Shown here in pieces: positions 58,666-64,000 of a DNA stretch of 64,000 bases; position 1 is the first letter of the stretch; every line of letters begins with the position of its first letter. The DNA is taken from positions 10,604,001 through 10,668,000 of the forward strand of contig NW_024704743.1 of NCBI RefSeq assembly GCF_018977255.1. Reading direction: 5' to 3'. Under the pieces are notes generated by a model. That model was not told the origin of the DNA and searched no databases. It saw only the letters and a program-made list of their open reading frames with translations. This DNA comes from Callorhinchus milii (taxonomy: Eukaryota). A program made the position numbers and the translations under genes.

Positions 58666-59859
58666 ACGGATAAGGAGCTGTATCAAATGCAAGGATTATT
58701 AGATATTATATATTAAAAAAAAGTCTTACAGGTTAAGGCTAGGTGATATTTGGGGTTTCTGAAGTGCAAACTTTGACTGGCTTTAATTCACCCACAAACC
58801 TAGGACCTTCCTATTCAATAAGGCCATTATTGGCCTTATTGAATAGGTTTAATGTGTAAAATTATTTACACATTAAACCAGATAACTGCTTCTTAATAAG
58901 GAAAGCCAAAGTGAGTAATAACTATTTTGAAATGAATATGAAACGAGTTTGGAAGGAAAATAAACAACAGGGATTTTACATTTAACCAACTCCACAGAGC
59001 CATCTGCACCAAAATTCAAAATGCCAGCATAGTGAAACCCAGTTAAGTAAATATTTGATCAGTATTGAACTGAGGTGAAAGGAAATTGAAAAGTGTCCAT
59101 TTCATAGGCCTGACCCCCTACCCCAATGTATATTTGCAAATGGTCAAGCCTCGGGCCCATGTGTTTCTGTTCCTAAGTTGCTGCAACTGCTTTAGCTGCG
59201 CTTTGTTAATAAAAACACAACTTAAAAGATATGCCCCCACTGAGCACACCGCATAACTGCGGTGCCTTCAACTCCTTTCATTGACCACATGAATCATTCC
59301 CCTCAGGGTGTACAGGAATCTGTGACACAGAAATTAGGCCAGTACACTTGCTGCTTTTGAGCACAGTTAAGAACTGCTTTGAACATTGTCCCATATAAGC
59401 CATTCTAAATACTATAATTGTAGTCTATTATCTTGAATTGTGGACTGAGTCATATGTCTGTTGACTTGCGTGGAAAAAATACAACTTTGGGTTGGTTATG
59501 CTGCCATCACAAGTCCTGCTAACACATGTCATGCAACTTTTGTGTAATTTATGCTTTGCTTTGCAAAACACCTATGTGTATGTTATTTGGTGCTTTTTAA
59601 AGGAATAATTAGCAGGGTAAATGTGGTACTATAAAATTCCATTCATAACCTATTGCCTCGGAATGGTTGAAAGGAATCAGCTAAAATGCTGCAGAGGGAT
59701 CTCTGCATTTTCACTGTAATGAGAATGAAATCAAAATGACTTGAATATTTTTGATACCTGCATGTGATAGAACAGACTGCTACAACAACAGTTTACATTT
59801 ATGTAGTGGCTTTCATGTCAACAATTGTGCTGCTGTTGATTTAATATCCAGACTGTTCC

Positions 59860-60165
59860 AATGTAGAGTTAGAGCATGCGCTCAACCCAGAAGACCTGGA
59901 TTCGATTCCCGGGCAGGGCGAAATGATAGGCAAGTTCCTTACTCTACATACTCAATTTACTTAGCAGGATGTAGGAACCCAGTTGTTAGTCCAGTAGTGG
60001 ATTGTTTTTCCGGGGGTAATAATCACTTTAAAAAAATCAAAAACAAATTTCTCCCACAAAATATACAGTCAATTCAATTTACTGTATATTCTGTGAAGCA
60101 CTTTGAGATGTCTCAAAGATGTGATAAGGCGCTATATCAAATGCAAAGATTATTATTATTAATAT
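59860..60165 (+). mobile_element. SINE family A (long variant), followed by a decayed SINE-B (~60180-60460)
   Basis: GACCTGGATTCGATTCCCGGGCAGGGCGAAA; TATCAAATGCAAAG(ATT)n. Confidence 0.8.
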
Positions 60166-62394
60166 TATAATACAATGCTGGGGAATGTTGCATTTGCTGG
60201 AGGTAGCGTCCTTTAAATTAGGTCCAAGGGCACTATGCGAAAAGAGGAGTTTCTCTCAGTATTCTGGCCAACAATCCTTCAAATAAAATTGTTATTTCAC
60301 TTTATGGCTATTTGTGGAACATTATAATCTGTGTGCATATTGGCTGCTGCATTTGCCTACAAAATGCACACTCACTACAATTTGCAGAAAATTCTGTGAA
60401 GGACTTTGAATTGTTTTGTTGACATGAAGAAGTGCAATATCAAATGCAAGTGCTTATTTGTTGTTGTTATTTGAAAGGGATTCAGTTCATGGTCATGGTC
60501 AGGTATGTGAACACGTAATGTCTCATAGGAAGAGAAAGATTAATGTTTCCATTTACAACACCGTAACTCTACACCAACATCTATTTTGTTTAATGGATAA
60601 TAATGCAAATATCCATGTGGATTCTGATACAGATGATTTTGTTGGCCCTGAGGCAGATAATTCATGAGGACAGATATTCAATGCTAGAGTGCACCATATT
60701 TTTTTACTTGGTTTACTGCTGTGCTTTAATATGTAAGGCATGCCACCTTATTGAAAGACTTGGTTGTATTGATGTTACATTTAATACTACTATTATGGCC
60801 CCAGGACATTCACTAAGGCACAAGTTGTATTAAAATGTTGCAAAATCCTTGGTTATACAATAGAATTTACATTTATATGCCTTCACATTGGAAGGACTCT
60901 CAAAGTTCTTAACATTGATGGCTGGGCACCCAGCTGGGGATGACAGCTGATGGGTGTGGGGAGGGAAAAGATGACCAAAACCTCACTCTTCTACCACTGC
61001 TTAAGATCAGCTGGTTCGGGTGGTCTCCATGACCCTTGTAACCTCCGCTCCACAATTGGTGGGTTTGCTTTCAAGTTACTATACCCCAAATCTCTTAAAC
61101 TCCTTGTCTTAATTCCTCCATCTTGCCACCTCTTTGCCCATCTTCAAATCACACCCGAAGACTTTCCTCTTTGACTGTACTTTCAGTCACCTCCCTTTCC
61201 ATTCTGGCTCGGTGTCAAGGCACACCACATTTAAGCAGTCTGTGAGGCTATCCGCGAGAAGGGCGATATATGAATGCATGTTGTTGTTGCTAAAAGCGCG
61301 GCAAAAAGGGAGGTCTTTAGATGGACCTTGAATGAGGTGAGGAAGGGGGGGTAGTCGGAAAGACTCCAGTATGGAGATCCAGAGAAGGGCTGAATGCACA
61401 CCCACCAATGAGGAGTGGGGGGGGGGGGGGGGGTGGGGAGTGAGCACAGGGGGATAGGACAGGGGATATGGAGTAGTACAATGTTTGTTGTGTGAGGGGA
61501 GCAGCCAGGTTGGTAGCGTAAGGTTAACAACAAGAAAGTATACAATGAAAATTGAGTGGAGCATGACAAAAATAATATTCTGAATCAATGCTTTTCCAAA
61601 AGCTATCACAAATGCCACAGAAAATCAGAAATGCTTTCCCCCAACATCTGAATAAACTACAACCTTCATGATCTTGTCAGAACATTTCCCTGTGTCATGC
61701 AGAATAAAGAGCGCTATGACCTTTAAAAGGCATCACATACACTTTGCTATATTTATTACACTGGAAATAATATTTCTTCCAATATTTCAGAGCTTTCTGG
61801 AAATCAGAGCCATGTATATTAAAGATGATTTACAATAGCTTCTGATTAAAAAAATCATTCCTGTTTTTTGCAGAAAACCTGGCATTTGCACTTTATTACA
61901 TTTTCTTTGAAGCAATTAAGTCTATCAGTTCAGGGTGTAGCAAATCACCCGGTGATCAAGGATGAAAGATTTGGCAGAGTTTCAGGAACCTGAGCATGTT
62001 GAATTAGAGTATTTCACTGACAGACCTCCTTTGGTACAAGATTATTGTAAGATTGTTGCTTCTTGCAAGGACATTGAAAGCCCCCGCAGAGATTTGGCTT
62101 TTTCCCATACAGATTCATTCCAACAAAAACATCAACAAGTGGCAGTTTCTCTTGGAAGCTACAGTAGGAATGTAATCCTAGGAAATTATGAGTAAATATC
62201 ACAAATGGGCTGCTGCCAAGGCAGGTACAAACCCCTTTTTTTTCAGATTTTGGCTGTTGAAATCCACTGATCCCAAATCAGTGACCCCAGGTTTCACCCT
62301 ATTTAGAACACTGTGGCCGAATATCGTGACTGATGTTTACAGATCAAATGACACAAAACCTATCAACATACAATGCATTCAACCCGGAGAAATA

Positions 62395-62790
62395 AAATAA
62401 TAATAACAATCCTTGCATTTGGTATATCGCCTTTCATGTCGGGAGGACATCGCGAAGCACTTCATAGTATTTCCTGTAAAGTGCATCTCAAAGGGCTTTG
62501 CAAAATATACTGTAAAGTGAATTGACTGTATATTTTGTGGGCGAACTCCACAAAGTCGTATATTGAGTAACCAAATTATTTATTTATTTATTTGAAGGGA
62601 TTATTACCCTCGGAAAGCAACCTGCCAATCGACTAATAATCGGGTTCCTACTTACTGCTAGGCAAACAGAGGTGTGTGAAATAAGGAAATGTGTCTAACG
62701 TTTTACCCTGCGTGGGAATCGAACTTGGGTACTGTCACTTGCGAGGTGAGCCCTATAACAGGATTCCTTTAGGTGAGCTACATGACTCCA
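62395..62790 (-). mobile_element. SINE family A (long variant)
   Basis: GGGAATCGAACTTGGG T-loop, CTTACTGCTAGGCAAACAGAGG, tail. Confidence 0.78.
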
Positions 62791-63279
62791 CAGGACTCTT
62801 CTTGGCTAAGATGCAACTCTATTTCTTCTACCGTCTAAGTCAATTTCTTTACTAAAAAATATCAAAGGCCATCTTGTACTAACTTTCACAATATGCCTTT
62901 TTTCAACTGCTTGGATGATTCATTCCAGGTATTCCACGTTTTGCCCACAAAACATACAGTCAATTCACTTTACACTATATTCTGTGAAGTCCTTTGAGAT
63001 GTCTTGAAGATATGATAAGGCGCTATATCAAATGAAAGGATTATCATTATTATTATTCATCATTATCTGTATAGTGACATTTAAGCTGTCAGTTCACATT
63101 CCCTCTTTAGAGTTTGAGTCTATGTCTCCTTGTGGTAGGTTTTGTGTCTACATTAAAGATATTGCTGTGGTTCAGTTTAGAACATTCGTTACTCTAATAA
63201 GACTATTTGTGCCACTTCTGTTCTCCAGATTGAATATTTCCAAGTTCTGCAGCCACTGCCCTTGAATCAAAAACAACAA

Positions 63280-64000
63280 CAACTTGCATTCATACACAAC
63301 AACAACAACTTGCATTGATACAGCACCCTTCAGCGGGTAGCATCTCTGGCCTCTCAGACCCAGGTGTTTGATTTGTTGTAGCCTCTCAAAACCATGATGT
63401 TTACATAATACAGTCATTACACATTTCAGTAAAATATTATGAAGCACTTTGAGATGTCCTTCAGATGTGAAAGGTGCTATAAATACAATTACAATACAAT
63501 TTACATTTATATAGCAGCTTTCACATCGGGAAGATGTACAAAACAATAAAAAACTACATTTGTACAGCACCTTTCACATCGAGAGGACAACCAAGGGATT
63601 GCATAGTCAGGGATTTGGAAACAAGCAGGGAGAGCTTGGAATCAGGGAGGGTGGAGGGCCGTGACAATTGGAGGGTGGCCAAAGGCGCTATCGAAGAGGA
63701 CGGTCTTGAGACGTGCTTTGAAGGAGGTAAGGGGGGAGAGCTAGGCAAAGGGAATGTGGGATGGAGGTCCGAAGGGTGAACTTCTCTAAGCACTACATGA
63801 AACACAAGTACTATCATCATTATTATTACTATGCCCCCTTTGTATCCATCATATAATTAAACCAGATGTGATTTTGGTATTTATTTTATTAGCAGATGTC
63901 TATATCTTCTGTTCATTACGTAATACAAACGATGTCTGAGCTTTTCAGTGCAGATTCTATCCATAAGAATGTACCTTGTTCAGATGAATAAAACTAATTC
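63280..64000 (-). repeat. Segmental duplication, copy 2 (inverted; runs to the window edge)
   Basis: Reverse complement matches 43147-43943. Lacks the L2-tail insertion present in copy 1. Confidence 0.95.

Overview
Vertebrate nuclear DNA, about half of it retrotransposon-derived. The repeat content (L2 LINEs with (TTG)n tails, CR1 LINEs with an esterase ORF1, tRNA-derived Deu-domain SINEs with (ATT)n tails, LF-SINE-like relics) suggests a cartilaginous fish, perhaps a chimaera; this is inference. No host protein-coding gene could be recognised, so the window is probably intronic or intergenic. The long ORFs in the track are LINE ORFs or their antisense or shifted frames. Main features: (1) a young, apparently full-length single-ORF L2 (9210-13014) inserted antisense into an older copy of its own family. 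Both TSD pairs are visible, so its 5' end is defined. The 5' UTR holds two 88-bp monomers, a GT-AG mini-intron candidate, a B-box/T-arm-like hairpin and a TAATG stop-start uORF. Its ORF2 is broken only by single-C deficits in C-runs. (2) A non-autonomous Helitron with canonical termini and an internal minisatellite (42115-42783). (3) An inverted segmental duplication about 20 kb apart with a sharp identity step and an empty/filled L2 site. (4) Several locally templated insertions. (5) A perfect double hairpin at 58810-58879. Boundaries of decayed repeats are approximate (tens of bp).
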